Shown piece after piece: positions 19,278 through 28,779 of a DNA stretch of 64,000 nt. This stretch comes from Rickettsiales bacterium. GTDB lineage: Bacteria > Pseudomonadota > Alphaproteobacteria > Rickettsiales > UBA998. Within the stretch, counting starts at the first letter, position 1. Each line of letters begins with the position of its first letter. The stretch covers positions 6,191 to 70,190 of the forward strand of contig JBGTBD010000067.1 of NCBI GenBank assembly GCA_041749475.1, given 5' to 3'. The notes beneath the pieces are model-generated. The model ran no database searches. It was not told the DNA's origin and saw only the letters and a program-made list of their open reading frames with translations. Both the position numbers and the translations under genes were made by a program.

Positions 19278-20104
19278 TACTCATCCCCTTTTTTCTGGTA
19301 GATGCGCTCATCCCGCGCGAACTCGGTAAACGCCTCCGCATGGGCCGAAAAGCGCAGGCTTTCTTTTGCACCTAACCCCAGAAAGCTTTTGCGTGTCAAT
19401 GCTTCCTTGAACAGGCCGATAGCGCGATCCTGTAAATCCCGGTCGAAATAAATCAATACGTTGCGGCAGGAAACCAGCTGCACTTCCGCAAACACCGCGT
19501 CGGAGACGAGACTATGGTCGGAAAACACCACCCGGCGACGCAGACTCTTATCAAAATACGCACCGTTATACGCCGCCGTGTAATAATCCGATAAAGAAGT
19601 TTTGCCGCCTGAGCGTTGGTGATTTTCGGTAAATAGCTGGATGCGGTCGAGATCGTACACCCCGGCTTCCGCCTTCTTCAGGGCATCCGGATTGATGTCG
19701 GTCGCATAGAAAATAGTGCGCTCCTCCAGCCCTTCCTCACGGAAGAGGATGACGAAAGAGTAAAGCTCCTCCCCCGTGCTGCACCCGGCGATCCACACTT
19801 TGAGAGAAGGGTAGGTGAGAAGATGCGGGATGACCTCCTCACGCATGACCTTGAAATAGTGCGGGTCGCGGAACATCTCGCTGACCTGCACGGTGAGGAA
19901 GGAAAGCAGTTCCTGCATCATCTCCGGGTGGTGCAATACCCTGTCCTGCAACTTCGAGAACGTGGGGCAGCCAAAATGGGATTTGGCCTGGGTCAATCTG
20001 CGCTTGATGGACGCCATGGAATAGCCACGGAAATCATAATGGTATTTCTGGAAGAGCGCTTCCAGCAGGAGCTTCAACTCGATGTCATGCGTATCATCGG
20101 TCAC
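19277..20104 (-). CDS. cheR: protein-glutamate O-methyltransferase CheR
   Basis: N-terminal helical CheR domain (FRGYSMASIKRRL) and SAM-binding core (VWIAGCSTGEELYS ... CRNVLIYF). Confidence 0.85.
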   Translation of the reverse strand: MTDDTHDIELKLLLEALFQKYHYDFRGYSMASIKRRLTQAKSHFGCPTFSKLQDRVLHHPEMMQELLSFLTVQVSEMFRDPHYFKVMREEVIPHLLTYPSLKVWIAGCSTGEELYSFVILFREEGLEERTIFYATDINPDALKKAEAGVYDLDRIQLFTENHQRSGGKTSLSDYYTAAYNGAYFDKSLRRRVVFSDHSLVSDAVFAEVQLVSCRNVLIYFDRDLQDRAIGLFKEALTRKSFLGLGAKESLRFSAHAEAFTEFARDERIYQKKGDE

Positions 20105-20107
20105 GGG

Positions 20108-23100
20108 TTATCTCGGCATCCATACACGCACCAGTGACAGCAGTTTCTCTACATCCAGCGGTTTCGCCATATAGTCATTCGCTCCGGCGGAGAGGCAACG
20201 CTCCTGATCATCCTTCATCGCTTTCGCGGTCAGCATGATGACAGGCAGCTTCTTCCATTCGGTGCGCTTGCGGATTTCGCGCGTCGCCGTCATACCGTCC
20301 ATCTCCGGCATCATCACATCCATCAATACCAGATCGATGGCATGATAGGGGTTCTGCAGGGAAGCCTCCAGCATGGAAAGCGCCTCGACCCCGTTACGCG
20401 CAATCTCCACCGTCGCTCCCAGCGGCTCGAAGATGCTGGTCAACGCATAGACGTTGCGCACATCATCCTCGACCACGAGGATACGCCGCCCTTCCAGAAC
20501 GGAATCCCGGTTCCGTGCGATCTCGAGCATCTTCTGCTGTTCCGGCGGCAATTCGGCGACGACCTGATGCAGGAAGAGGGTGACCTCGTCCAGCAACCGC
20601 TCCGGCGATTTCGCACCCTTGATGATGATGGATTTCGAGTAGCGGCGAAGACGCTGCTCTTCTTCTTCCGACAAGTCGCGCCCCGTGTAGACGATGACGG
20701 GCGGGAAGGAATAGGCGTCTTCCTTGCTGAGCGTTTCCAACAAGGAATAACCGGACGCATCCGGTAATGAGAGATCGAGTACCATGCAATCGAATGTCGC
20801 TGACTTGAGCTGTGCAAGACACTCCGCCGCCGTACCGACGCCGACTGTTTCCACGTCATGCGAACCGAGCAGGAGGCCGACACTATCGCGCTGGACGGCG
20901 TCATCCTCCACGATCAACACCCGCCGCATCCGTTGCGCCAGCTTCTTCTCCAGATTCTTGAGCGTATCGGAAAGATCCTGCCGCTTGACGGGCTTGATCA
21001 TATAGCCGATGGCTCCGAGCGACAGGGCCGTCTGCGCATAATCGCTGGCGGAGACGACATGCACGGGGATGTGACGCGTGCGCGAATCCCGCTTTAAACG
21101 GTCAAGCACGGAGAGGCCCGAATTATCCGGCAGTCCCACATCGAGGATGACCGCACTCGGTATATACTGGATGGCTATGTTCACCGCCTCTTCTGCGGTG
21201 GTCGAGATGAGGCACTGGAAATCCAGCTCATGCGCAAGATCGCGTAGGATGTTCGCGAAAGAAGCATCATCTTCAACGACGAGGATAACACGGCGATCTC
21301 CGGTGAGTTTCTCACGATCATCCTTCATCCGTTTCGGATATGCACCAGACGCGGACGCCTTCCTGTCATGCTGCTTGTTATGGTCGGTGAGGCGTGCGGT
21401 ACCGGAGGAGAAGACAGTGGAAGGCTGGATATCACTCTGTGCCTCCGGCAGATGGGCGCTGTGCGCGGGGGTGTCATCCGGATCATAAACCTGCGGCAGG
21501 GTCAGGGTGAAGGTACTACCCTTGCCCAATTCACTTTTCAAGGCAATGGTGCCGCCGAGCAGCCGCGTCAACTCGCGTGAGATGGATAGGCCCAGCCCTG
21601 TGCCGCCGAACTTACGGCTGATGGTCCCATCCGCCTGACGGAAGGCTTCGAAGATGAGTTGCTGTTGCTCCTCCGGAATGCCGATGCCCGTATCGGTGAC
21701 GGCAAAAGCAATGTCCCCCTCGGCAGTCTGGCTGATGTTTAGGGTGACGCCGCCCTGCTGGGTAAATTTCATAGCATTGGAGAGCAGGTTTTTCACGATC
21801 TGCTCCAGACGCTGACGATCCGTCTCAATCGCCTCCACCGTCTCCGGCGCGACCTGCGCGAGGAAGGTTAGCTTCTTCTGTTGTGCCATCGGCTCGAATA
21901 CGCGGGTGAGGTCATGTGCGAGGCTGGTCAACGATACGGTTTCAGGACGCACCTCCATATGCCCCGCCTCGATCTTGGAAAGGTCGAGGATGTCGTTGAT
22001 GAGCATCAACAGATCATTGCCGGAAGATTGAATAGTCTGCGCGAATTTCACCTGATCGGACGTGAGATTACCCGCCGGGTTATCGGCCAGTAATTTGGCG
22101 AGGATGAGGGAGGAGTTAAGGGGAGTGCGCAACTCATGCGACATGTTGGCGAGGAAGTCGGATTTATACTGGCTCGCCTGTTCCAGCTCCTGCGCCTTCG
22201 CCTGTACGGTCGCCTTGGCGCGGGCAAGGTCGTCACGCTGACCTTCCAGTAATTGCGCCTGTTCTTCTAGCTGCGCGTTGGTCTGTTCCAGCTCCGCCTG
22301 TTGCTGTTCCAATCGCGTCTGCGATTCTTTCAGCGCGCGGCTTTGTTCTTCCAACTCCTCGTTATTGACCCGTAATTCCTCGCTTTGCGCCTGAAGTTCC
22401 TCGGCTTGTCGTTGGGTCTCCTCCAGCAGGTTTTGCACATGCTCACGGTAATGCGCGGAGCGGATGGCGACAGCGATATTCTCGGAGATGCGCTCCAGCA
22501 ATTCCGTGGTACGGCTATCCATTCCATGCAGGAAGCCCAGTTCGAGGACGGCATTCACTTTGTCATCGGTGATGGCGGGTGAGATCAGCAAGGAATGGGG
22601 ATTGCCTTCACCAATGGCCGAACGGAAGGTGGCGTAACCCTTGGGCACGTCGCGCACGACGAAGGGTCTTTTATCCTTCGCGGCCTGTCCCAACAATCCA
22701 TCTCCCGGCATGAAGTGTTCGGGCGAGAGTGTATCCGTAGGCATCCCATAGGTTGCCGAACGGCGAAAGACCGTGCCTTCCTTTGTGAAAAACGCGCCGA
22801 CATGCGCATCGCAATACTCAGCGAGGTAGGTGAGTATGCTGTCCGCAATCTGACCGACGCGTTGCTCCCCGATAATGGCGGCACTCAGGCCCACCTCGCC
22901 GCCTTGCAGCCATTCCTCACGCTGCCGCAGGCGACTGGCACGCAGCACCAGATGGGCGACTACGATGGAGAGCAACACCCCCAGCAGGCTGGTCAATATG
23001 CCGCTGATAATGGCGATACGATAGGACTCTTGCATGTCTTCGAGGCGCTCGCTGCGTAAAAGAAATTCCTCCTCCTGCATGGCGCTGACCTGCGTCCGGA

Positions 23101-23578
23101 TAATATCCATCTCGCCTTTGCCCTTATCGGTGAGGACGAGTCCGAGCGCCTCCGTGAAACCGCGTGTGCGCCGCAAGGTGATGGTTTCTTCCAGCTCATG
23201 CAGTTTATTCCTAATATGCTGACGCAGCACTGGAATGCGGTTTTGCTGGTTGGCGTTATCGTTAGTTAGCCGTTCGATCGCGGTGAGTTTTTCTTCGATA
23301 TGGGCAAGCGCCTCAGTGTAGGGCCTAAGGTATTTCTCGTCCCCCGCCAGAATATATCCCCGCTGTCCGGTCTCAGCATCTTTCATCAAAAGGGATAGGT
23401 CATCGAGTGTGGTGATAACATCATGTGTATGGGTGACCAGCCGGGAACTTTGGCTGATATTAAGCGTATTCCAGTAAGCGATGAATCCCGTCACCGCGAA
23501 GAAGATAATAACTAGGGCCAGACCCATGCTGATAGGCAGATGGGAAGTGGAAGCAGCAGCTTTTTGGGAATGAGGCAT
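20108..23578 (-). CDS. hybrid sensor histidine kinase: CHASE3 - TM - GAF - E/Q-rich coiled coil - HisKA - HATPase - 3x receiver
   Basis: CHASE3-like N-terminus between two TM segments. H-box SHELRTPLN, N/G boxes (NLLSNAMKF, DTGIGI, GGTGLGLSI). Three REC domains, each starting RR(V/I)L(I/V)VEDD. Confidence 0.85.
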   Translation of the reverse strand: MPHSQKAAASTSHLPISMGLALVIIFFAVTGFIAYWNTLNISQSSRLVTHTHDVITTLDDLSLLMKDAETGQRGYILAGDEKYLRPYTEALAHIEEKLTAIERLTNDNANQQNRIPVLRQHIRNKLHELEETITLRRTRGFTEALGLVLTDKGKGEMDIIRTQVSAMQEEEFLLRSERLEDMQESYRIAIISGILTSLLGVLLSIVVAHLVLRASRLRQREEWLQGGEVGLSAAIIGEQRVGQIADSILTYLAEYCDAHVGAFFTKEGTVFRRSATYGMPTDTLSPEHFMPGDGLLGQAAKDKRPFVVRDVPKGYATFRSAIGEGNPHSLLISPAITDDKVNAVLELGFLHGMDSRTTELLERISENIAVAIRSAHYREHVQNLLEETQRQAEELQAQSEELRVNNEELEEQSRALKESQTRLEQQQAELEQTNAQLEEQAQLLEGQRDDLARAKATVQAKAQELEQASQYKSDFLANMSHELRTPLNSSLILAKLLADNPAGNLTSDQVKFAQTIQSSGNDLLMLINDILDLSKIEAGHMEVRPETVSLTSLAHDLTRVFEPMAQQKKLTFLAQVAPETVEAIETDRQRLEQIVKNLLSNAMKFTQQGGVTLNISQTAEGDIAFAVTDTGIGIPEEQQQLIFEAFRQADGTISRKFGGTGLGLSISRELTRLLGGTIALKSELGKGSTFTLTLPQVYDPDDTPAHSAHLPEAQSDIQPSTVFSSGTARLTDHNKQHDRKASASGAYPKRMKDDREKLTGDRRVILVVEDDASFANILRDLAHELDFQCLISTTAEEAVNIAIQYIPSAVILDVGLPDNSGLSVLDRLKRDSRTRHIPVHVVSASDYAQTALSLGAIGYMIKPVKRQDLSDTLKNLEKKLAQRMRRVLIVEDDAVQRDSVGLLLGSHDVETVGVGTAAECLAQLKSATFDCMVLDLSLPDASGYSLLETLSKEDAYSFPPVIVYTGRDLSEEEEQRLRRYSKSIIIKGAKSPERLLDEVTLFLHQVVAELPPEQQKMLEIARNRDSVLEGRRILVVEDDVRNVYALTSIFEPLGATVEIARNGVEALSMLEASLQNPYHAIDLVLMDVMMPEMDGMTATREIRKRTEWKKLPVIMLTAKAMKDDQERCLSAGANDYMAKPLDVEKLLSLVRVWMPR

Positions 23579-23797
23579 AGATGCGGATCACAGACAACAG
23601 ACAAGGATAGAACATCCAGCACAAAGCCAGACACATGATTCCCATAACACTATAGCTACGTGTAAATAATCCATTAGTTGATGGTATCGTGTTTATACCC
23701 CCTGACGATCACCCCGGGTCATGCTTGAACCCTCGCTCAATACGGATTTTTTATGCAGGGGAGGGTATTCTCACTATTCTGAACAAGGAGAACCTAT

Positions 23798-23971
23798 ATG
23801 AACAATTTTAAATCCTTCTATAAGTCATTCGTGGATGGCTGGCATTGCTTTACCCACAGCAAGAAGTGCGCCTCGGAAGACAAGAAAATGCGTGAAAATA
23901 TGAGCGAAAAACAGGTGGATCGCATGATCAATGACAGCTTCCCGGCCAGCGATCCTCCCAGCACGTATTAA
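23798..23971 (+). CDS. small hypothetical protein (57 aa) with C-terminal DSFPASDPP motif
   Basis: Below the ORF-track size cut-off. RBS aaggag lies 7 nt before the ATG. Translation: MNNFKSFYKSFVDGWHCFTHSKKCASEDKKMRENMSEKQVDRMINDSFPASDPPSTY. Followed by a hairpin at 24032..24067. Confidence 0.45.
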   Translation: MNNFKSFYKSFVDGWHCFTHSKKCASEDKKMRENMSEKQVDRMINDSFPASDPPSTY

Positions 23972-24031
23972 TTTCTGCTTTTATAAGTGCCAACCCGCGC
24001 TTAAGAGCGTCGGGTGTGGAGTACATCATTT

Positions 24032-24067
24032 AAAACGGGCGGTATGACGTTACATGCGGCCCGTTTT
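24032..24067 (+). terminator. hairpin / possible intrinsic terminator after the small ORF
   Basis: aaaacgggc-(18 nt)-gcccgtttt. The U-run is part of the 3' arm. Confidence 0.45.
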
Positions 24068-24225
24068 ATCATGTTTAATGCATAAAAATCAGCATCAAGG
24101 ATGGGTGCTTGTACATATCTTTAGATGTTACTTTTTTAGGGTTGGAACGAAGGAAATCTTTACCCGCTGCGTATAACTTAGGGTAACGCAACATTATAAG
24201 ATAATTCCGGAGAGGAAATCCGATA

Positions 24226-25389
24226 GTGCACTTTGGACCTAAGCGACAGAATATTAAATATCTTTTCTTCGGTGTTCTGGTCCTTCTAGGTCTTGCTTAC
24301 TGGATATGGGGCGGTAATGGGGATGAAACGGCGGCGGCGTATGAATTCTCCCCTGTCGCCGTGGGCGATATAGAAGAGGCCGTCACCGCGCAAGGTAAGC
24401 TTGAGCCTAAAGAATTCGTCGATGTCGGAGCGCAGGTCTCCGGCCAGTTGAAAAAACTCCATGTCGAGATCGGCGACAACGTCGAAAAAGGCGCGCTCAT
24501 CGCCGAGATAGACCCCCAGATCTATACCGCTCAGGTCGAGGCGGAGACGGCACGGCTGAAAACCCTGAATGCCCAGCTTGCCGAACAATTGGCACAAGTC
24601 GCCTTCACAGAAAGCGTCTATATACGCAATCAAACGCTGATGAAGGCGGATGCCGTAAGCAAGGAAACGCTAGAAAGCAGCATGAAGGAATTCAAGGCTG
24701 CCCAGGCCCGCGCCAACTCCTTCCGCGCCCAGATTGAGGAGGCGGAATCGCAGTTGGAGGAGGCGAAGGCCAATCTTGGCTACACGAAAATCTACGCCCC
24801 CATTTCCGGCACGGTCGTCTCCCAGACCTCCAAGGAAGGCCAGACGCTGAACGCCAACCAGACCGCCCCTGTCATCGCACAGATTGCTGATCTTGATCTA
24901 ATGACCGTCCGCGCGCAGGTCGCCGAAGCGGATGTGTCCCGCCTGCAAACCGATATGGACGTCTATTTCACCACGCTCGGTTCCGAACGCAAATGGCACG
25001 GCAAGGTGCGCCAGATTCTTCCCTCGCCGGACGCGACCGTGCTGGATGTCGTCCTCTATAACGCACTCGTCGATGTCGAAAATAAAGACCGCAGCCTGTT
25101 GACCGGCATGAGTACACAGATGTTCTTCGTCCTCGGCAATGCCGAGAAAACCCTGCTGATACCCGCCCGCGCGCTGGGGAAGAAAATCCCTGAAGAGAAA
25201 GATGTTGAAGGCGAGGCCTATGAAGTGTTGGTGAAGCGTAACGGCACCCTGGAAACCCGCACCATCCATGTCGGCTTGCTGAATCGCCGCACCGCGCAAG
25301 TGCTGAACGGCTTGAAAGAAGGGGAGCAGGTCGCTATCCCCACCGCAGCTACCCTTGCCGAACAAACCCGTCGTGGCCCGCGCATCTAA
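24226..25389 (+). CDS. macA: macrolide-type efflux periplasmic adaptor MacA
   Basis: Aligns by eye with E. coli MacA (VDVGAQVSGQLKKL, NLGYTKIYAPISGTV, QTAPVIAQIADL). GTG start with ggagagg upstream. Confidence 0.85.
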   Translation: MHFGPKRQNIKYLFFGVLVLLGLAYWIWGGNGDETAAAYEFSPVAVGDIEEAVTAQGKLEPKEFVDVGAQVSGQLKKLHVEIGDNVEKGALIAEIDPQIYTAQVEAETARLKTLNAQLAEQLAQVAFTESVYIRNQTLMKADAVSKETLESSMKEFKAAQARANSFRAQIEEAESQLEEAKANLGYTKIYAPISGTVVSQTSKEGQTLNANQTAPVIAQIADLDLMTVRAQVAEADVSRLQTDMDVYFTTLGSERKWHGKVRQILPSPDATVLDVVLYNALVDVENKDRSLLTGMSTQMFFVLGNAEKTLLIPARALGKKIPEEKDVEGEAYEVLVKRNGTLETRTIHVGLLNRRTAQVLNGLKEGEQVAIPTAATLAEQTRRGPRI

Positions 25390-25390
25390 C

Positions 25391-27322
25391 ATGCCGCAAC
25401 CGCTCCTCAACCTCGAACATATCAGCCGTGTCTACAAAACAGGCGACAATGAATTACGTGCGCTGGACGATGTGACGATGACCATCTGGACAGGCGAGTT
25501 CGTCGCCATCATGGGCCAGTCTGGGTCGGGCAAATCGACGCTGATGAACATTCTCGGCTGTCTCGACACTCCCACCTCAGGCAGTTACCGCGTACGCGGC
25601 AAGGAAGCCTCCAGCCTCTCGCCTGACGAGTTGGCGACCCTGCGACGTGATACGTTTGGCTTCGTCTTCCAGCGTTATAATCTTCTCGCCAACGCGACGG
25701 CGGAGGAAAATGTCGAACTCCCCGCCATGTATGCCGCACTCGCCAAACCGGAACGCATCAGCCGCGCCCGCGCACTCCTGACGCGGCTTGGATTAGGTGA
25801 CCGCACCGATCATCGTCCCGGCGCGCTCTCCGGCGGACAGCAACAACGTGTCGCCATCGCCCGCGCGTTGATGAATGACCCCCCCGTCATCCTCGCCGAT
25901 GAGCCCACCGGCGCGCTCGACAGTAAAAGTAGTGAGGAGGTGATGGCGCTCCTGAGCGAATTGCATCAGGAAGGCCGCACCGTCATCCTCATCACGCACG
26001 ACGCGCACGTCGCCAGTCACGCCAAACGTGTGATCCACATCCATGACGGTAATATCCTCAAAGAAACAGGCGAGACCAATCCCGAACAGATTCCCTACAC
26101 CGAGCCACCAAAGCGTGGCCACGGCACACTGATGCCCGAGATGCGCGAAGCGGCGAAGACGGCCTTGCGTGCGCTGAAGGTAAACAAATTCCGTACCGCG
26201 CTAACGCTGCTTGGTATCGTCATCGGTGTCGCGGCCGTCGTCATCATGCTGGCAGTGGGGGACGGTAGCAAGCAACAGGTGCTGGATCAGATCACCTCAA
26301 TGGGCACGAACCTGCTCTCCGTCCGCCCCGGCGCACCCGGTATCCGGGGTGACGGCAATATCACGACTCTCACCCTTGCCGACGCGGAAGCGATACTCGA
26401 ACTCCCTAACGTCGTCGCCGTCGTCCCCGAACGCAGCGGCTCCTACAAGGCGCAATACGGTAACATAGACGCGCAGACCACCGTGCAAGGCGTCGGCGCT
26501 TCTATGCCCGAAGTGCGTGACTGGCCGACCAGCAGCGGCTCTTTCTTCACGGATCGTGATGTCCGCTCCTACGCCCCCGTCGCCGTACTCGGGCAAACAG
26601 TCGTCAAGAATATCTTCCCTTACGGCGAAGACCCTGTCGGTAAATACGTCCTCATCAAGAACGTGCCCTTCGAGGTCATCGGCGTCCTCAGTGGCAAGGG
26701 TGCATCCGGCTGGGGCGGCGATCAGGACGACGCGGTGTTCATCCCCGTGACGACGGGCCTCATCCGCATGTTCGGCATGAATTTCATCAGCGCCATCACC
26801 GTGCGCGTGGACGACATGAGCGCCATCAAGGAGACCGAACAGAGCATCAAGGAACTGCTCCTCGCCCGTCACCGCATAGAGGATTTCAGCACCCGCAACA
26901 TGGAATCCTTCATCAACATGGCGAGCGATACGTATAACACCTTCACCCTGTTGCTCGGTGCAGTCGCGGCGATCTCACTGCTCGTCGGCGGCATCGGGGT
27001 GATGAACATCATGCTGGTCAGCGTCACCGAGCGCACGCGCGAGATCGGCATCCGCATGGCGACCGGTGCGAGAATGCGCGACATCATGCTGCAATTCAAT
27101 ACCGAAGCCGCCGTCGTCTGTACCATCGGCGGATTACTGGGCGTCACCATTGGGCTGGTCAGCGCATGGGCGCTCGGCGCATTCGGCATCCCGATCATCA
27201 TCACCCCGTTCCCGACCCTCATCTCATTCACCTGCGCCATCACCACCGGCCTCGTCTTCGGCATTTGGCCCGCCCGCAAGGCAGCCAAGCTCGACCCGGT
27301 CGTGGCATTGGCCTCGGAGTAA
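25391..27322 (+). CDS. macB: MacB-type ABC transporter, fused ATPase-permease
   Basis: N-terminal NBD ([35 protein letters not shown]), then a TM helix, a periplasmic domain and an FtsX-like C-terminus. ATG 25391 lies 1 nt after the macA stop. Confidence 0.9.
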   Translation: MPQPLLNLEHISRVYKTGDNELRALDDVTMTIWTGEFVAIMGQSGSGKSTLMNILGCLDTPTSGSYRVRGKEASSLSPDELATLRRDTFGFVFQRYNLLANATAEENVELPAMYAALAKPERISRARALLTRLGLGDRTDHRPGALSGGQQQRVAIARALMNDPPVILADEPTGALDSKSSEEVMALLSELHQEGRTVILITHDAHVASHAKRVIHIHDGNILKETGETNPEQIPYTEPPKRGHGTLMPEMREAAKTALRALKVNKFRTALTLLGIVIGVAAVVIMLAVGDGSKQQVLDQITSMGTNLLSVRPGAPGIRGDGNITTLTLADAEAILELPNVVAVVPERSGSYKAQYGNIDAQTTVQGVGASMPEVRDWPTSSGSFFTDRDVRSYAPVAVLGQTVVKNIFPYGEDPVGKYVLIKNVPFEVIGVLSGKGASGWGGDQDDAVFIPVTTGLIRMFGMNFISAITVRVDDMSAIKETEQSIKELLLARHRIEDFSTRNMESFINMASDTYNTFTLLLGAVAAISLLVGGIGVMNIMLVSVTERTREIGIRMATGARMRDIMLQFNTEAAVVCTIGGLLGVTIGLVSAWALGAFGIPIIITPFPTLISFTCAITTGLVFGIWPARKAAKLDPVVALASE

Positions 27323-27327
27323 AAGCT

Positions 27328-28677
27328 ATGCGCTGGATGTTTTTCGTACCCCTACTACTCACCTCCTGCAGCCTCGCACCGGAGCCGCTTATTCCCGAAT
27401 CCCGCATCCCGGAATCATGGCGCAGTGCTCCTACCGAAACGAAACCGGCCAACATCCAGTGGGAGAATTTCGGTAGCAAGGAACTGGATAGCCTGATTGC
27501 CGCCGGTCTCGCACACAACACGGATATTGCCGTAGCACTCGCCAACGTCGCTCAGGCCCGCGCCGCCGTGGACATCGCTGGCGGCCCGCTCTATCCGCAG
27601 TTGGAAAGTAACGGTAATGCCTCACACAGCCGCAACGAAAGTGGCGGTTTTACGAACGAACAGGACGGCGCACAGGCGGGCCTGTCGGTCTCCTATGAGC
27701 TTGACATCTGGCAGAAGAACAGGAACGCCATCAACTCCGCCGAATGGCAATTGAAAGCCACGGAGTATGACAAGGAAGCCGTCGCGCTGCTCGTCACTTC
27801 CGAAGTCGCTCGTCTCTATACGTCTGTATTAGGGTTCGATGCGCGCATTGCCGTCGCCGAACAGAATTTGCAAAACGCGCGGAAAGTACTCGACATCACC
27901 ACCGCACGGTATGACGCAGGCGCTATTTCCGGGTTGGAACTGGCGCAGCAACGCACTGCCGTCGCCAATCAGGAAGCTGCGCTCGCGCAACGCAAGAATC
28001 AGCGTGATGTCTCCTTCAACCAACTGGCCTTCCTCACCGGCAATCCTCCCGCTGGATTGGCACTCGATAGCGCGAGCAGGTTAAATGCACTCACCATCCC
28101 CGAGATACAACCCGTCAACCCGTGGGAACTGCTGGAACGCCGTCCGGACATCGCGTCATCCGAAGCGACGTTACGCGCGGCCAACATGGATATCGGCGTC
28201 GCCCGCGCCAATGCCTTGCCGAGCCTGCAACTGGGTCTGGAAGGTATCCTCATCGGCACCCCATCGGGAAGCGTGGTAAGCGCCGCTACCTCCTTCTTCG
28301 CGCCCATCTTCCGTGGCGGTGCGTTACAAGGCGCAATCGATCGCAGCGAAGCAGCGCGGGATGCACGTCTGGCGCAATATGAAGGCGTATTGCTGACCGC
28401 ATTCCGGGAAGTCGAAAACGCACTCTCGACCTATCAATCGACAACAGCGCGCGAAGCCGCCTTCACCGAAAGCGAAACGCAAGCCCGCCGTGCCTACGAC
28501 ATCGCCCGCGCCCAGTTCGACGCCGGGTCGATTGATTTCACGACGCTGCTGAATACGCAGGACGACCTGCTGCAAAGCACGGACGCCCATGTACAATCCA
28601 CACAGGAACGCCTGGCCGCCGCCATCGACCTCATGCGAGCACTGGGCGGGGAATGGAGCAGTATGGACGAGGAATAA
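27328..28677 (+). CDS. efflux outer-membrane lipoprotein, NodT/OprM family
   Basis: Lipobox LLLTSC at the N-terminus when started at ATG 27328. Two OEP repeats. The track start 27166 lies inside macB. Confidence 0.85.
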   Translation: MRWMFFVPLLLTSCSLAPEPLIPESRIPESWRSAPTETKPANIQWENFGSKELDSLIAAGLAHNTDIAVALANVAQARAAVDIAGGPLYPQLESNGNASHSRNESGGFTNEQDGAQAGLSVSYELDIWQKNRNAINSAEWQLKATEYDKEAVALLVTSEVARLYTSVLGFDARIAVAEQNLQNARKVLDITTARYDAGAISGLELAQQRTAVANQEAALAQRKNQRDVSFNQLAFLTGNPPAGLALDSASRLNALTIPEIQPVNPWELLERRPDIASSEATLRAANMDIGVARANALPSLQLGLEGILIGTPSGSVVSAATSFFAPIFRGGALQGAIDRSEAARDARLAQYEGVLLTAFREVENALSTYQSTTAREAAFTESETQARRAYDIARAQFDAGSIDFTTLLNTQDDLLQSTDAHVQSTQERLAAAIDLMRALGGEWSSMDEE

Positions 28678-28687
28678 TTTTTTCTCT

Positions 28688-28762
28688 GTCATTCCCGTGC
28701 AAACGGGAATCCATACTTATCGTGTATGTTGCTCTATGGATTCCCGCTTTCGCGGGAATGAC
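28688..28762. repeat. nested-palindrome intergenic repeat, family A, copy 1
   Basis: gtcattcccgtgcaaacgggaatcc-25 nt-ggattcccgctttcgcgggaatgac. Each arm is a hairpin and the arms are mutually inverted. Lies between the convergent OMF and PqiC-like genes. Confidence 0.85.
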
Positions 28763-28779
28763 AAGGGGTAATAAGGCAG

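Noticed and set aside
12239-27327. Long N-terminal extensions given by the ORF track (starts at 12239, 4443, 5398, 25355, 27166, 29376-30194, 41839, 50932 and others).
   Set aside because: Each extension overlaps the preceding gene or has an implausible composition. In each case an internal ATG or GTG next to the upstream stop, or behind an RBS, yields a canonical N-terminus (lipobox, Rossmann motif and so on).
24226-28677. MacA-MacB-NodT as the type I secretion system for the RTX protein at 57977..59614.
   Set aside because: MacB has the N-terminal ATPase plus FtsX-like four-helix permease with a large periplasmic domain. It is not the six-helix exporter with a C-terminal ATPase typical of T1SS ABC proteins. 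The cognate T1SS is presumably outside this window.
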